Shown here: one piece after another, positions 30,439 through 41,051 of the stretch | Numbering within the stretch: the first letter of the stretch is position 1 | Layout: the number at the start of each line of letters is the position of its first letter | NCBI GenBank assembly: GCA_049598495.1 | Contig: JBMYNR010000009.1 | Coordinates: 1-49,177, forward strand | Origin: Opitutales bacterium | GTDB lineage: Bacteria > Verrucomicrobiota > Verrucomicrobiia > Opitutales > Coraliomargaritaceae | Direction of reading: 5' to 3' | Length of the DNA stretch: 49,177 nucleotides | The notes under the pieces: model-generated | What the model was told of the DNA's origin: nothing | Database searches by the model: none | The model's input: only the letters and a program-made list of their open reading frames with translations | Program-made: the position numbers and the translations under genes

Positions 30439-31575
30439 ATGGAACAAGGCTACCAAGTAATTGCACGTCGCTGGCGCCCCAAACAGTTCAGTGAACTAGT
30501 CGGGCAGGATCACATCGTGCGGACGCTGAGCAATGCCATCGAAACGAAGCGGATCGCGCACGCCTATCTCTTTGTCGGTCCCCGTGGTACGGGTAAGACC
30601 AGTACGGCTCGTCTCTTTGCCAAGGCGCTCAACGCAGAGGGCGGCCCGAGTGCGACCCCGGATAATGATTCAGAGACCAGTCGCGCCATTATGGACGGGT
30701 CCTGTATGGATGTGATCGAGATCGATGGTGCTTCCAATAACAGCGTGGAGCAGGTGCGCAGCCTGCGGGAGGAGTGCCAGTTTGCACCGGCACAGTGCAC
30801 CTTTAAAATCTATATTATCGACGAGGTGCATATGCTCTCGACGGCAGCTTTTAACGCTTTGCTTAAGACCCTCGAAGAACCGCCCGAGCACGTGAAGTTC
30901 TTCTTCGCCACGACGGAGGCACACAAGGTCCTGCCAACCATTGTCTCGCGCTGTCAACGCTTTGAATTTCGCCCGATTTCCGATTCGGTCATTGCAGAGA
31001 AGCTGACTCAGATCTGCCAGGCAGAGGAGGTCTCCGTCGAACCGGAAGCACTCGCCTCCATTGCGCGTTTGGCCAATGGCGGCATGCGAGATGCCCAGTC
31101 GATTCTCGATCAGATGATTTCCTTCTGTGGCAACGATATCAAGGAGACCGACGTGCTGGATGTGTATGGGCTCGTCTCGGTGGAGCGAATCGGTCGTTTG
31201 GCTGCCTCGCTGGCCGCACTTGATTTTTCTGCCATAGTTACGTCCGTGGATGAGTTCTCTTCGGAGGGACGGGATCTTTACCGGATCCTATTGGATTTGG
31301 AAGCCTACGTGCGCGAGGCGCTTCTGGATGCCATTCAAAATGGTGGGGCCACCAGCCAGCTCGGGGTCGAGATGACCAACGAGTCGATCATGCGTATGCT
31401 GGACGCGCTCCACCGCGGCGAAGCTTCCGTGCAACGGGGGCTTTCGGAGAAAGTAAATTTCGAGGTCGTTCTACTCAAGGCCTCTGAGGAGGCGCGATCG
31501 CGTGCGATCGACAACTTGATTAAGCAGGTCGCCGCTGCTGGCGGTGGCGAGGGCGAAAAAAAAAAGCTCTCGTGA
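30439..31575 (+). CDS. dnaX: DNA polymerase III subunit gamma/tau (gamma-length product)
   Basis: [44 protein letters not shown]; ends GEKKKLS*. Confidence 0.96.
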   Translation: MEQGYQVIARRWRPKQFSELVGQDHIVRTLSNAIETKRIAHAYLFVGPRGTGKTSTARLFAKALNAEGGPSATPDNDSETSRAIMDGSCMDVIEIDGASNNSVEQVRSLREECQFAPAQCTFKIYIIDEVHMLSTAAFNALLKTLEEPPEHVKFFFATTEAHKVLPTIVSRCQRFEFRPISDSVIAEKLTQICQAEEVSVEPEALASIARLANGGMRDAQSILDQMISFCGNDIKETDVLDVYGLVSVERIGRLAASLAALDFSAIVTSVDEFSSEGRDLYRILLDLEAYVREALLDAIQNGGATSQLGVEMTNESIMRMLDALHRGEASVQRGLSEKVNFEVVLLKASEEARSRAIDNLIKQVAAAGGGEGEKKKLS

Positions 31576-31886
31576 TTCCTGATGTTCGCGCGTCCGGACC
31601 TGCTCAGGTGATAACGATTGAATCTGAGGCCCGTGTCGATCCCGAGTCTTTCGATGTGGTCAAATCAAGTGGCGTCACCGCTGAAGAGTTGGAGGCGGTC
31701 GACGCCTCACTGGACGCCATGATGCTGGAAGAGTCTGGAACGGCTCTAAATGTGGTCACGGCACTGCTCTCGATCAAAGAGGCTCGAGAGAAAATCAGCC
31801 CGGAGATTCTGGAGGTGCTTAATAATAAGTTCAAAGGTAGTCTCACGCAGACCCGCCACCTCGATGAGCGGGATCAAATATTTTGA
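31572..31886 (+). CDS. Probable C-terminal (tau-specific) segment of DnaX, encoded in the -1 frame
   Basis: The frame is open from the A10 run at 31556-31565 through to 31886; acidic linker plus a helical C-terminus. Confidence 0.6.
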   Translation: MIPDVRASGPAQVITIESEARVDPESFDVVKSSGVTAEELEAVDASLDAMMLEESGTALNVVTALLSIKEAREKISPEILEVLNNKFKGSLTQTRHLDERDQIF

Positions 31887-32039
31887 TACATTGTCTTTGT
31901 AATGTGCTTGTCGTGCCTCTACCGATTGGTGGCCGCGTCGAATAAGCCATGTAGAACGCTGAAGAAAGTCAGCGTTAGAGCTCCAGCCGCGTGAGTCATC
32001 GTATCTTTCAGACAACTCTGCTTGAGGTGAACTCAAGGC

Positions 32040-33464
32040 CTACGGTTCGTCCGTTGTTGCTCCCGCCATCTCCTCTTCGATTAGACCGATGTCGTAGCCG
32101 ACTCGGTTAATATCAAAAAAACTGACATAAATGATGAAACAGAGCAGGAGTATCATGAAGGCGCCCTGCACATTTTCCATCACCTTGCGAGGTAAGGGCC
32201 GTCCGATACCTTTGGAGATGGTGGCAAAGAGCATGTGGCCGCCATCCAACACGGGGATCGGAAGCAGGTTGAAAATGGCCAGGTTTACATTGATGAGTGC
32301 CAACATCCAAAGCAGATCAATGAAGCTGATTTCGGCCATGCGTGTGAGGCTATGGACGATACCGACGGGACCACTCATGTTGCGGATATGCACGTCGGAG
32401 CCCTTATGTAGGAGGGCGTAGAGGGTGCGTTTCATCGTGTCCGCGAAGATCACGATCTGCTGCGCCGGATTCACGTGGACGATCTCGGTTTTATACTCAA
32501 AATCATAAGCGAAGCCAAAGCGCGGGCTAGTTTCACCCTCCTTGATTATAGGCTTGATCGGGATAATGACTGCCTCGCCATTGCGATCGACTGTTACCTC
32601 GATTGAGCGGTCACCATTTTTTGCGAGATACATGTTAAGGAAGGCGCCGGAGACGATATCCTGACCGTCGAGCTGGATGAGGCGGTCGAGCGGTTGCAGT
32701 CCCGCCTCAATCGCTGGCATGTCTTCTTCCAACTGGATAACGATGGGTGCCGAGTTTTCGTTTGTTTCCGGGGCAATTCCGATATAGCGCATCCGGTCGG
32801 TCGCGATCTTACGCAGCTCGGGGTAAACCGTGAATTCGAGTGATTCGCCGTCGCGCATCACGCCGACTTCGACCTGCGGGCGTCCCTCGCCACCGTCCTC
32901 ACGGCCAACGCTGGTCACGAGGTTGTTCTGAAAGTGCCACCAGTCGCGCACCGGATCGCCGTCGATCGATACAATCACATCGCCCTCGCGGATGCCGGCC
33001 ACGTAGGCGGGGCCGGGTGCGGTTTCACCCTCTGCATTGATCACCTGTTCGGCCACGTTGCCAATAGTGGTGGTTTTGACCACTTCGCGGCCGACACCCC
33101 AGAGGACGAGCGAAAGTAGTAAAGCGAAGATCAGGTTAAATACCGCACCCATGACCGCGACGATCATTTTGTCCGCGTAGGAAATCGGTGGTAGGCGTTC
33201 GGCTTCATCGCCTTCGCCGCTTTCGAGGCGTCCCATGTCGGCAAGCTGCGGCAGGGAGACATAGCCGCCCAGTGGGAGGAGTGAGAGCCGGAAGTCAGTG
33301 CCATTTCGATGCCATCCAAAGAGTCGCGGCCCGAATCCTATGGAAAAACGATCGGCGATGAGTCCGCGTTTTTTGGCCGCGATGAAGTGCCCCAGTTCAT
33401 GAATAAAGATAGAGAACCCTAAGGCAAAAAGCGCCAAGGTGATGTAGAGAATATTGAAAATCAT
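32040..33464 (-). CDS. rseP: RIP metalloprotease RseP
   Basis: HELGH, FSIGFGP, two PDZ-like regions, NLLPIPVLDGG. Confidence 0.94.
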   Translation of the reverse strand: MIFNILYITLALFALGFSIFIHELGHFIAAKKRGLIADRFSIGFGPRLFGWHRNGTDFRLSLLPLGGYVSLPQLADMGRLESGEGDEAERLPPISYADKMIVAVMGAVFNLIFALLLSLVLWGVGREVVKTTTIGNVAEQVINAEGETAPGPAYVAGIREGDVIVSIDGDPVRDWWHFQNNLVTSVGREDGGEGRPQVEVGVMRDGESLEFTVYPELRKIATDRMRYIGIAPETNENSAPIVIQLEEDMPAIEAGLQPLDRLIQLDGQDIVSGAFLNMYLAKNGDRSIEVTVDRNGEAVIIPIKPIIKEGETSPRFGFAYDFEYKTEIVHVNPAQQIVIFADTMKRTLYALLHKGSDVHIRNMSGPVGIVHSLTRMAEISFIDLLWMLALINVNLAIFNLLPIPVLDGGHMLFATISKGIGRPLPRKVMENVQGAFMILLLCFIIYVSFFDINRVGYDIGLIEEEMAGATTDEP

Positions 33465-33467
33465 TGC

Positions 33468-34628
33468 TTAAAATTTGTGAGCACCCGCCAGTTCACGTGT
33501 TTCCGCATCAATCGCAAATAATTGGCTCAGGCTAGGTGATCGGAGTAAGTCGATCTTCCGGAGACTGTGCTCGATCAACTTGGGGATATCAAGGTAGCCG
33601 ATCTCTCTGGCTAGAAACCGTTGCACCGCCACTTCATTGGCTGCGTTGAAAACCGCAGGCGCTGTAGCACCCTCTCTGAGTGCCTCATAGGCTAGCTCGA
33701 GACAGGGATACTTATTGAAATCCAGTGGTTTGAAATCCAATGAAAACCTCTTATGGAAATCGGTGGTCGGAGTCACGCCCGGTGCCCTTTCAGGATACAG
33801 GAGGCAGTGCTGAATGGCAAAGGTCATATCGGGGGGGCTGAGTTGGGCGAGGATGGAGCCGTCGATAAACTGAACGAAAGAGTGGACCACACTCTGGGGG
33901 TGAATGACCACGTCGAGACGCTCTGGTTCCAGTCCGAATAGCCAGTGCGCCTCGATGAGTTCGAGCCCCTTGTTGGCCATCGTTGCGGAGTCGACTGTGA
34001 TCTTTGGGCCCATGGACCAGTTCGGGTGCTGGGTGGCCATTTCAGGCGTCACCTTGTCGAGTTCGTGCGGGGGAGCGTCCCGAAATTGGCCGCCCGAGGC
34101 CGTCAGAATGATCTTGTCCAATTGGTTTTCAGGGTGGCCTTGGAGGCACTGAAAAATGGCGTTATGCTCGCTATCAGTCGGCAGCAGACGGACCCCTTTA
34201 CGCTTAGCGGCTTCGATGACGTGTGCACCACCGAGAACCAGTAGCTCCTTATTTGCGAGCGCGATGTCTTTGCCCGCTTCAATGGCCGCGAGAGCAGGTC
34301 GCAGCCCATCTGCGCCGACCACGGCGACGAGAACGATATCTGCTTCCTTCAAGGTCGCGAGCTCGATCAGCCCGGCTTCCCCGCAACTCACAGATGTGTT
34401 ACTAGGGAAATGATCCGCCTGCTTTGCAGCTGTATAGGCGGGTTCCGAACCGATCGCAGCATGTGCTACCTTAAACTCGCGGCAGATATTCGCGAGTGCC
34501 TCATGATTCGACTGTGCGGCTACCCCGACGAGTTGCAATTGCTCAGGGTGGGCACGAATCACTTTAAGCGTACTGCCGCCGATGGATCCGGTGGCACCGA
34601 GTAGAACGACTTTCTTTGGCGCGTTCAT
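33468..34628 (-). CDS. dxr: 1-deoxy-D-xylulose-5-phosphate reductoisomerase
   Basis: LGATGSIG, LANKE, PTDSEH, HPNWSMGPKITVDSATMANKGLE. Confidence 0.97.
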   Translation of the reverse strand: MNAPKKVVLLGATGSIGGSTLKVIRAHPEQLQLVGVAAQSNHEALANICREFKVAHAAIGSEPAYTAAKQADHFPSNTSVSCGEAGLIELATLKEADIVLVAVVGADGLRPALAAIEAGKDIALANKELLVLGGAHVIEAAKRKGVRLLPTDSEHNAIFQCLQGHPENQLDKIILTASGGQFRDAPPHELDKVTPEMATQHPNWSMGPKITVDSATMANKGLELIEAHWLFGLEPERLDVVIHPQSVVHSFVQFIDGSILAQLSPPDMTFAIQHCLLYPERAPGVTPTTDFHKRFSLDFKPLDFNKYPCLELAYEALREGATAPAVFNAANEVAVQRFLAREIGYLDIPKLIEHSLRKIDLLRSPSLSQLFAIDAETRELAGAHKF

Positions 34629-34821
34629 CGAATCAAAACTTAGATTTGATTATGGCAGTGGGATGGTGGGAGCCATGCCCTCCAGTTTGTCGTAATGGAG
34701 GGGGGCATTCCATCGCTACCGCCGTTAGTATTGCCGATCCATACTTATGCGGAGTGCGAGTCGTTTCGTCGAATGGTCGCCTCGGCGATGCGCGTCTACT
34801 TTCTGCTTCGGTGTCCCGCAT

Positions 34822-35652
34822 CTAGAAGAGCGTGTATTTGAAAAGTAAATATCCGAGCGGTGCAGTGAGGATAAGGCTGTCGGTCAGGTCGAAGATACCG
34901 CCGATGCCGGGGATCACTTTGCCAGAGTCTTTCACACCAGCCTGGCGCTTAAAGGCAGATTCCACAAGGTCCGACGCGATCGACGCGATGCCAATCGGGA
35001 TGGCGATTAATGCGCAGAGCCACCACTCCATACCCGTTGGTGCGAGGTTATGAAACAGGCGGGCAAGGATGACCCCGATCAACATTGAGAAAACGATGCC
35101 GCCTACCGCGCCCTCGTAGGTCTTCTTGGGGCTGACGACAGAGAGCGGGGTCTTACCGATCTTCATTCCAACGAGAAGTCCACCGACATCGGTACACTTG
35201 GCCACTGCTACGATCCATACCGCGAGGAATAACCCAGTGGCCGCGCTCTCGCCGTTGTGCTCGGCGAGCTTCCCTGTTCTGATCAGGAAGTGAAGTAGGT
35301 AAGGAACATAGAGTAGGCCGAAGAGTGTTGGCATGAAACTGCGCAGCCGCCCGGCTTGGAGGTCCAGTCGAATTATAGTCAGTGTTAGAAGGACGAAGCA
35401 GAGAACAAAGAGATCATTTCCTGAGTCGATTCCTGTTATGTAGTAGGAGCCGAGCGTGATGCAGGCACCAGCTGCCAGGCCGAAGCGTTTCATCGGCTTC
35501 AGCCCCATTTTCTCAAATAGTTGATAAAGTTCAAGCTGTGTGGCAAAGGCGGCGATTGCGATCAGGAAGACGCCCGCGTGCACCCCGAAAAGCAGGAGGG
35601 ATACGCTGACAAGGGTCCAAAGCGCGAGAAAACTGAAGATACGTTGCTTCAT
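34822..35652 (-). CDS. cdsA: Phosphatidate cytidylyltransferase
   Basis: SPKKTYEG, DLVESAFKRQAGVKDSG, PGIGGIFDLTDS. Start set at MKQRIF. Confidence 0.94.
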   Translation of the reverse strand: MKQRIFSFLALWTLVSVSLLLFGVHAGVFLIAIAAFATQLELYQLFEKMGLKPMKRFGLAAGACITLGSYYITGIDSGNDLFVLCFVLLTLTIIRLDLQAGRLRSFMPTLFGLLYVPYLLHFLIRTGKLAEHNGESAATGLFLAVWIVAVAKCTDVGGLLVGMKIGKTPLSVVSPKKTYEGAVGGIVFSMLIGVILARLFHNLAPTGMEWWLCALIAIPIGIASIASDLVESAFKRQAGVKDSGKVIPGIGGIFDLTDSLILTAPLGYLLFKYTLF

Positions 35653-35722
35653 GAGAGAGTGTTCAAGGATGGGGCGTGAATTCTGTGGCCGGCCGGTAGG
35701 GTGGGTAGTGCCGGTAGGGTAA

Positions 35723-36448
35723 TTAGGTTTGCAATTGTTCGGTTGTTTTTCCGTAGCGTCGTTCGCGGGAGGCGTAGTCACCGAGGGCAGCCTCAAAGGC
35801 GGCTTCATCGAAGTCGGGCCAAAGGACATCGCTCAGGTAGATTTCCGCGTAGGCGGACTGGAGGAGTAAAAAATTGCTTAGGCGTGACTCGCCCGAGGTG
35901 CGGATGACCAGATCCGGATCCGGCATTTCACGGGTGTAGAGGTAGTGCCGGAAAGTGTCGTAGTCGAGCTTGTTGAGATCAATGGCACCTGCTGCGGCTT
36001 CTTGGGAAAGGGTTTTGACCGCATCGATGACCTCCGTGCGCGAGCCGTAATTCAGCGCCAGACCTAGGGTATATTCGTCGAACTGTTGGGTCGCCTCTTC
36101 GGCCTTGTGCAGGAGCGTCTGAATGCGTTCCGGTAGCTCGCGGAACCGCCCAATTACACGAAGGCGGATTTTTCGTTTGATCAGCTCGGGCAGTTGTTTG
36201 CCTAGGAAGCTTTCAAGCAGATCCATTAGCGCATTGACCTCGTCTTTCGGGCGATTCCAGTTCTCTACGCTGAAGGCGTAAAGTGTCAGGTTTTTGACGC
36301 CGTTTTTCTGAGCTGCTTTGAGCGCGCGCTTGACGGCCTCTGCGCCACGGCGGTGGCCCTCAGCACGGGGTAGGCCATGTTGTTGGGCCCAGCGGCCATT
36401 ACCGTCCATAATGATGGCGACGTGCTCGGGAGTTTTACTGGTGTTCAT
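35723..36448 (-). CDS. uppS: Undecaprenyl diphosphate synthase
   Basis: HVAIIMDGNGRWA, YAFSVENW, IRTSGESRLSNF. Confidence 0.96.
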   Translation of the reverse strand: MNTSKTPEHVAIIMDGNGRWAQQHGLPRAEGHRRGAEAVKRALKAAQKNGVKNLTLYAFSVENWNRPKDEVNALMDLLESFLGKQLPELIKRKIRLRVIGRFRELPERIQTLLHKAEEATQQFDEYTLGLALNYGSRTEVIDAVKTLSQEAAAGAIDLNKLDYDTFRHYLYTREMPDPDLVIRTSGESRLSNFLLLQSAYAEIYLSDVLWPDFDEAAFEAALGDYASRERRYGKTTEQLQT

Positions 36449-36742
36449 TGATTGGATAGTGCCCGTTCGGGCTGGCTGTGTTTGTGCTGAACAGGGCTTT
36501 GATACAAAGTGATCGGACCCTCTGGCGCAAGGTTAGAGCGAGGGGGATTTTCCTGTTCGAAGGCTTGAGCGATCCCGTCGCTTGGGCACATTGCAAAAAG
36601 ACTGTCGCATTCGGATGCGGGAAACGGCGATTGCTACGGTCATTCGGGCGGCCCCTATGAGAGGGGAATCATTCATTGGGAACGCACGCAGATGGTTCAC
36701 TCCATCCACCCCTTCTGTCCGTGCCATTCACGATGATCCTTT

Positions 36743-38377
36743 TTATTGGGCGAGGATGCCGAAGAGGAGACAGCCGATAATCATAACCGGGGGGAGCCAC
36801 CAGAAGCGCATGCTGCTTTGTGGGCGAGTGCTGTTAAGTGCCAGGAGCAATCCAAAGTAAGCAAGGAGCGCGCTATAGGCGGCCCATTTGGGGAAGTTAG
36901 GGCACTCGATCATCATGCCGCTGATCTCGAGGGATGCGATGACGGCCGAGTCCATCGTATGGATGGTGAGCCAGGCGCCATGATTGAGGAATCCGGCGAC
37001 GATATCGAGTCCTGCGAGGGCCAGCGAGAGTGCAATTACCCCAGTGCTGATGGTGATCGCTGCCAAATTAACAAGGATCATATTCAGAAAAACAGCCCCG
37101 GGTGAAATATAGCCGAAGAAAGCCGCGCTCAAGGGTGCGCTGGCTAGCCAGGCTGAAAAACTGATTGCAAAGAGGAGTAAGACTTTGTCCTGAATCCACG
37201 CGTAGGCATGTTGAGAGCGTGTCCAGTTATTCTTTGGTAGGTAAGCAAAGGGGCTGAGCCTCCGGGATACACGCTCGTAAAAGGGCAGGCCAAAGATTAA
37301 AATACTCAGGACAACCGTATAGGAGAGTTGAAAGCCAATACTCCAGAGTTGCTCGGGTTTAAAGAAGAGAACAAAGACCGCTGATCCACAGAGCGCTGCA
37401 AAAGAAGACCGTTGTCGCGCGAGGGCGAAGCTCGCCCAGAAAAATGCTGCCATCAGGAAGGCCCGCACCGCAGAGGGCGAGGCTCCTGTAATTTCGACAT
37501 ATAGGTAGAGTAGCGGCAACCCGAGGAAGGGGCTCCACCTCCGTGGCACGCGGACGAGAATCAGGAACTGGGCGATGACTGTTGCGATAACTCCAATATG
37601 TAGCCCGCTGATAGCGAAGAAGTGCATCGTCCCTGTCATGCGAAAGCGATCCTTCTGCTCGGCACTGAGTGCGGTCTTTTGCCCCAAGAGCATGGCCACG
37701 TAGATATTAGCAAGGGTACCCTCCTTCGGGGCGCCCAGCTTCAAGAAACCCATGAAGCGATGCTTCATTGTCTGGCAGAACTGCTCGAAGGTGGAGGGTG
37801 GTTTAAGTACTTGAATATTGTTGCTCCGGTAGAAGCGGTAGTGGACCCCGGTAGTTTTTAAATAGCCTTCGAAACTATCGGGATCAATATCGTGGGGAAT
37901 GCATTTTAGTATGCCGGTGGCCACGATTTCCGTGCCTCGTTTGATCTCGATCACATCGGGTTGTTTGAATTTATAGTAAATGCGAGCCCCGGGGCTTAGT
38001 CGGCTCGTCGGGTTAGCAGTAATGACGCGTGCGATCCCGCTGGTGTTGTTGAACGGACTGTCGGCTTGGAGTACCCGTTCGATTTTACAGTGAAGGGTCG
38101 CCTCGCGGATGGGGGCGCTAAGATCGGCTGCCGTCGGAGTCTCCGCCAACCGTATGCTGCCGTAGACCCAGAAGGCGAGAGTCGCCGCGACAATAAAAGC
38201 ATAGAGCCAGAGGGGATTTTGTCGGATCGAGAACCAAAGTGCGGTTGCGGAAAGAAGCATCGCGGGGAGGCTTAGGGCAACCGGTGCCTCTATTTTTCGA
38301 GCGAGCAGTAAGCCACTAATGATTCCGATCAATAGTAGGAGTGCGGGGGCTCGAGTTGGTGTCAGAGAATTCATCAT
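36743..38377 (-). CDS. comEC: ComEC/Rec2 competence family membrane protein (no C-terminal MBL domain)
   Basis: GTMHFFAISGLH, SPSAVRA, GFQLSY. Confidence 0.88.
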   Translation of the reverse strand: MMNSLTPTRAPALLLLIGIISGLLLARKIEAPVALSLPAMLLSATALWFSIRQNPLWLYAFIVAATLAFWVYGSIRLAETPTAADLSAPIREATLHCKIERVLQADSPFNNTSGIARVITANPTSRLSPGARIYYKFKQPDVIEIKRGTEIVATGILKCIPHDIDPDSFEGYLKTTGVHYRFYRSNNIQVLKPPSTFEQFCQTMKHRFMGFLKLGAPKEGTLANIYVAMLLGQKTALSAEQKDRFRMTGTMHFFAISGLHIGVIATVIAQFLILVRVPRRWSPFLGLPLLYLYVEITGASPSAVRAFLMAAFFWASFALARQRSSFAALCGSAVFVLFFKPEQLWSIGFQLSYTVVLSILIFGLPFYERVSRRLSPFAYLPKNNWTRSQHAYAWIQDKVLLLFAISFSAWLASAPLSAAFFGYISPGAVFLNMILVNLAAITISTGVIALSLALAGLDIVAGFLNHGAWLTIHTMDSAVIASLEISGMMIECPNFPKWAAYSALLAYFGLLLALNSTRPQSSMRFWWLPPVMIIGCLLFGILAQ

Positions 38378-38463
38378 TGCTGGCCAGCCAACGGCACTCG
38401 AATATTTGTTCACACTTGCAAGGCTTCAAGCGCAGCCTAGTGTCGATCAAGTAAGAGACTGCT

Positions 38464-39807
38464 ATGATGCCGAAAAGTCCCGGACAGGCCAGTATTTTTG
38501 ACGAAACCGGCGGGGATGCAGAATCGATGCATCGTCCTCTGGCGGTGCGTATGCGCCCACGCTTTCTCAGCGAGGTGATCGGCCAGGATCATATTGTGGG
38601 CGAGGGCTGCCTTCTGCCACGTCTGATCCAAGCCGATAATTTTGGCAGCTTGATCTTCTATGGCCCTCCGGGTTGCGGAAAGACCTCCCTGGCCGAAGTG
38701 ATTTCGGCGGAGACGAAGAGCAAATTTGTTCGTGTGAATGCTGTGCTCTCCAACGTCGCTGAGTTGCGGGAAATCCTGCGGCTCGCTCGCTATGAGGCTG
38801 CCAAGCGTACCATCCTCTTTATCGATGAAATCCATCGGTTCAATAAATCGCAGCAGGATTTACTGCTGCCTGATGTGGAGGCGGGGAATATCCGTTTAAT
38901 CGGGGCGACGACACACAATCCAGGCTTTTATGTGAATGCTCCATTGCTGAGTCGGAGTCATTTATTTCGCCTGGAACCCGTCGGGCCGGCGCAGGTTGCT
39001 GCTGTGCTCGCGCGAGCACTGGAAGATGTAGAGCGGGGTTTGGGCGGCCATCGTTGCACCGCTGAAGCGGCCGTTTTCCGAGCCATCGCTGAGTTTTCAG
39101 GGGGAGATCTTCGCCGTGCTCTCAACGCTTTGGAGACGCTTGTCCTCGGTCAGCCGGTGGGGGCCCATATCAACGATGCCGCCGTTGAGGTTTTTGCAAA
39201 GGAACGCCAGATTCGCTACGATCGGGATGAGGATGAGCACTACGATCATGCTTCGGCCATGATCAAGAGTATCCGTGGATCGGATCCGGACGCCGCTCTA
39301 TACTGGGCTTTTAAAATGCTCCAAGGGGGCGAGGATCCCCGCTTTATAGCCCGTCGTCTGACGATTCTGGCTTCCGAGGATATCGGGCTCGCTAATTCTC
39401 ATGCTTTGACGGTCGCGGTAGCTGCCTTTGAAGCCTGCGAAAAAGTCGGTCTGCCTGAATGTGAATATAATCTCGCCCATGCAATCCTCTACCTCGCGAC
39501 ATCGCCAAAGAGTAATTCTGTCACGTGTGCGATGGCTGCCGTGAAAAAAAGTCTGCGCGAGAAGCCTGTGCAGGCGGTCCCTCTCTGGCTGCGGGACGCA
39601 CATACAAAAACCAATAAAGCTCTCGGACACGGGGCTGATTACCTCTACAGTCACGACTATCCGCAGGGGGTATCGGGTCAGGAATATATGCTCGATCCGG
39701 AGGAATTCTACCAACCGGGAGAGGCGGGTGCAGAAGCGGCGACTGCTCGACGTATGGAAGAGCTGAAAAAACTTAAATCCGAGATTCGGGCGCGGGAAAT
39801 ACCATAG
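38464..39807 (+). CDS. rarA: Replication-associated recombination protein A
   Basis: [45 protein letters not shown]. Confidence 0.95.
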   Translation: MMPKSPGQASIFDETGGDAESMHRPLAVRMRPRFLSEVIGQDHIVGEGCLLPRLIQADNFGSLIFYGPPGCGKTSLAEVISAETKSKFVRVNAVLSNVAELREILRLARYEAAKRTILFIDEIHRFNKSQQDLLLPDVEAGNIRLIGATTHNPGFYVNAPLLSRSHLFRLEPVGPAQVAAVLARALEDVERGLGGHRCTAEAAVFRAIAEFSGGDLRRALNALETLVLGQPVGAHINDAAVEVFAKERQIRYDRDEDEHYDHASAMIKSIRGSDPDAALYWAFKMLQGGEDPRFIARRLTILASEDIGLANSHALTVAVAAFEACEKVGLPECEYNLAHAILYLATSPKSNSVTCAMAAVKKSLREKPVQAVPLWLRDAHTKTNKALGHGADYLYSHDYPQGVSGQEYMLDPEEFYQPGEAGAEAATARRMEELKKLKSEIRAREIP

Positions 39808-39814
39808 AGGACTG

Positions 39815-40264
39815 ATGATGAATTTTAAACACCTTCTAAAGAGCTGGCTGCTTATAGCACTCGGCGTCCTCATTGCTTCGAATATCTTTTCGGGTATCCA
39901 TTATACGGATATGCGAGCACTCACTCTGGCAGTCGTGCTACTTAGCCTGAGCAACGTATTTCTAAAGCCTTTGCTCATGCTGTTCGCCTTGCCCTTTATT
40001 GTTCTGAGTTTCGGCCTGGGGATTTGGTTGATCAATGCGCTCCTCTTCCTGCTCGTCGGTCAGCTGGTTGAAGGTTTCGTCGTGGATAGTTTCGGATACG
40101 CCTTGGCAGGAGCACTTCTGGTCAGTCTCACGGGAGCGGCCGCCAATATCCTTTTGGGGACGAGTCGGGTGCGCGTGCGGTCGGTTTCCGGGCGGGCCTC
40201 TGCCTCCGGGCCAAGCCCGCAGGCTCAAAAGCCTATCAAGGACGACGATGTGATCGATATTTGA
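39815..40264 (+). CDS. Phage holin family (4-TM, YvlD/DUF360-like) membrane protein
   Basis: NVFLKPLL...LPFIVLSFGL...INALL; ends DDDVIDI. Confidence 0.8.
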   Translation: MMNFKHLLKSWLLIALGVLIASNIFSGIHYTDMRALTLAVVLLSLSNVFLKPLLMLFALPFIVLSFGLGIWLINALLFLLVGQLVEGFVVDSFGYALAGALLVSLTGAAANILLGTSRVRVRSVSGRASASGPSPQAQKPIKDDDVIDI

Positions 40265-40472
40265 TTTCTTAAGGGTTTGACCTCTTCACCTGGGCAGCTC
40301 GTTAAGCGGTTTAAAGAGAACCATCTGACGCTTTTTTGACCGCTAAAACACGCTCAAGGAACGCTAAAACCCTGGTGATGCGTCTAGCTCCCTTAATTTT
40401 AGGGTCTTCGTCATGTTGCGGGGAAAGAGCTCGGACTTTCTTGAGCTCCGTAGCCTTCGGCGAAGGGAGTGA

Positions 40473-40881
40473 CTTAGGTAGGGCGCGCTCGCCGTTCCGA
40501 GCTGGCGACAAGACCGATCCGAAGGAATCGGACCACGCGCCGCCTCTGGCGGGGGTGAGCATTTGCCCATATGCTAGAGAGATGCCCGTCGAACCCGCAG
40601 GGCGAACGGCGGTCTTGGCAAGACCGCCCTACCATGGGAAGTTGTTGTTAAGAAGGCCGGCTTAGGTAGGGCGCGCTCGCCGCCTCCGAGGGGTGGACAT
40701 TTAGCCATATAATAGCGACAAGATCGGATGCTCCGCAGAGCGGACCATTGAGGATTGCATCCACATGAATCCCATCCGAGTCGGATTAGAGGTCATGAGC
40801 GGTGATCAGCGGTATAAAAATATGGCCCGTCGAACCCGTAGGGCGAACGGCGGTCTTGGCAAGACCGCCCTACCATGGGAA
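40473..40881. repeat. Two tandem REPIN-like units
   Basis: Units 40473-40640 and 40661-40881 share an identical 22-bp start (CTTAGGTAGGGCGCGCTCGCCG) and a 57-bp end (...CGGCGGTCTTGGCAAGACCGCCCTACCATGGGAA) with 1 mismatch. Confidence 0.85.
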
Positions 40882-41051
40882 CGGTTGTCGGACTCCTTTA
40901 AATGTGTCATCGTCATTTTGCGTGGAAAGACCGGAGTAAATTGTGGTAGCCGACTCGGCCGGATAAATAAGTAATAAAAAACACGAATAGTAATTCGCGA
41001 AATACCTTCGGGTTTGACTATTTGTGGAACTTAGCGCTTTTAGTCCGCTCT

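Noticed and set aside
39815..40264. Holin as evidence of a prophage
   Set aside because: This family is commonly chromosomal, and there are no other phage genes nearby.
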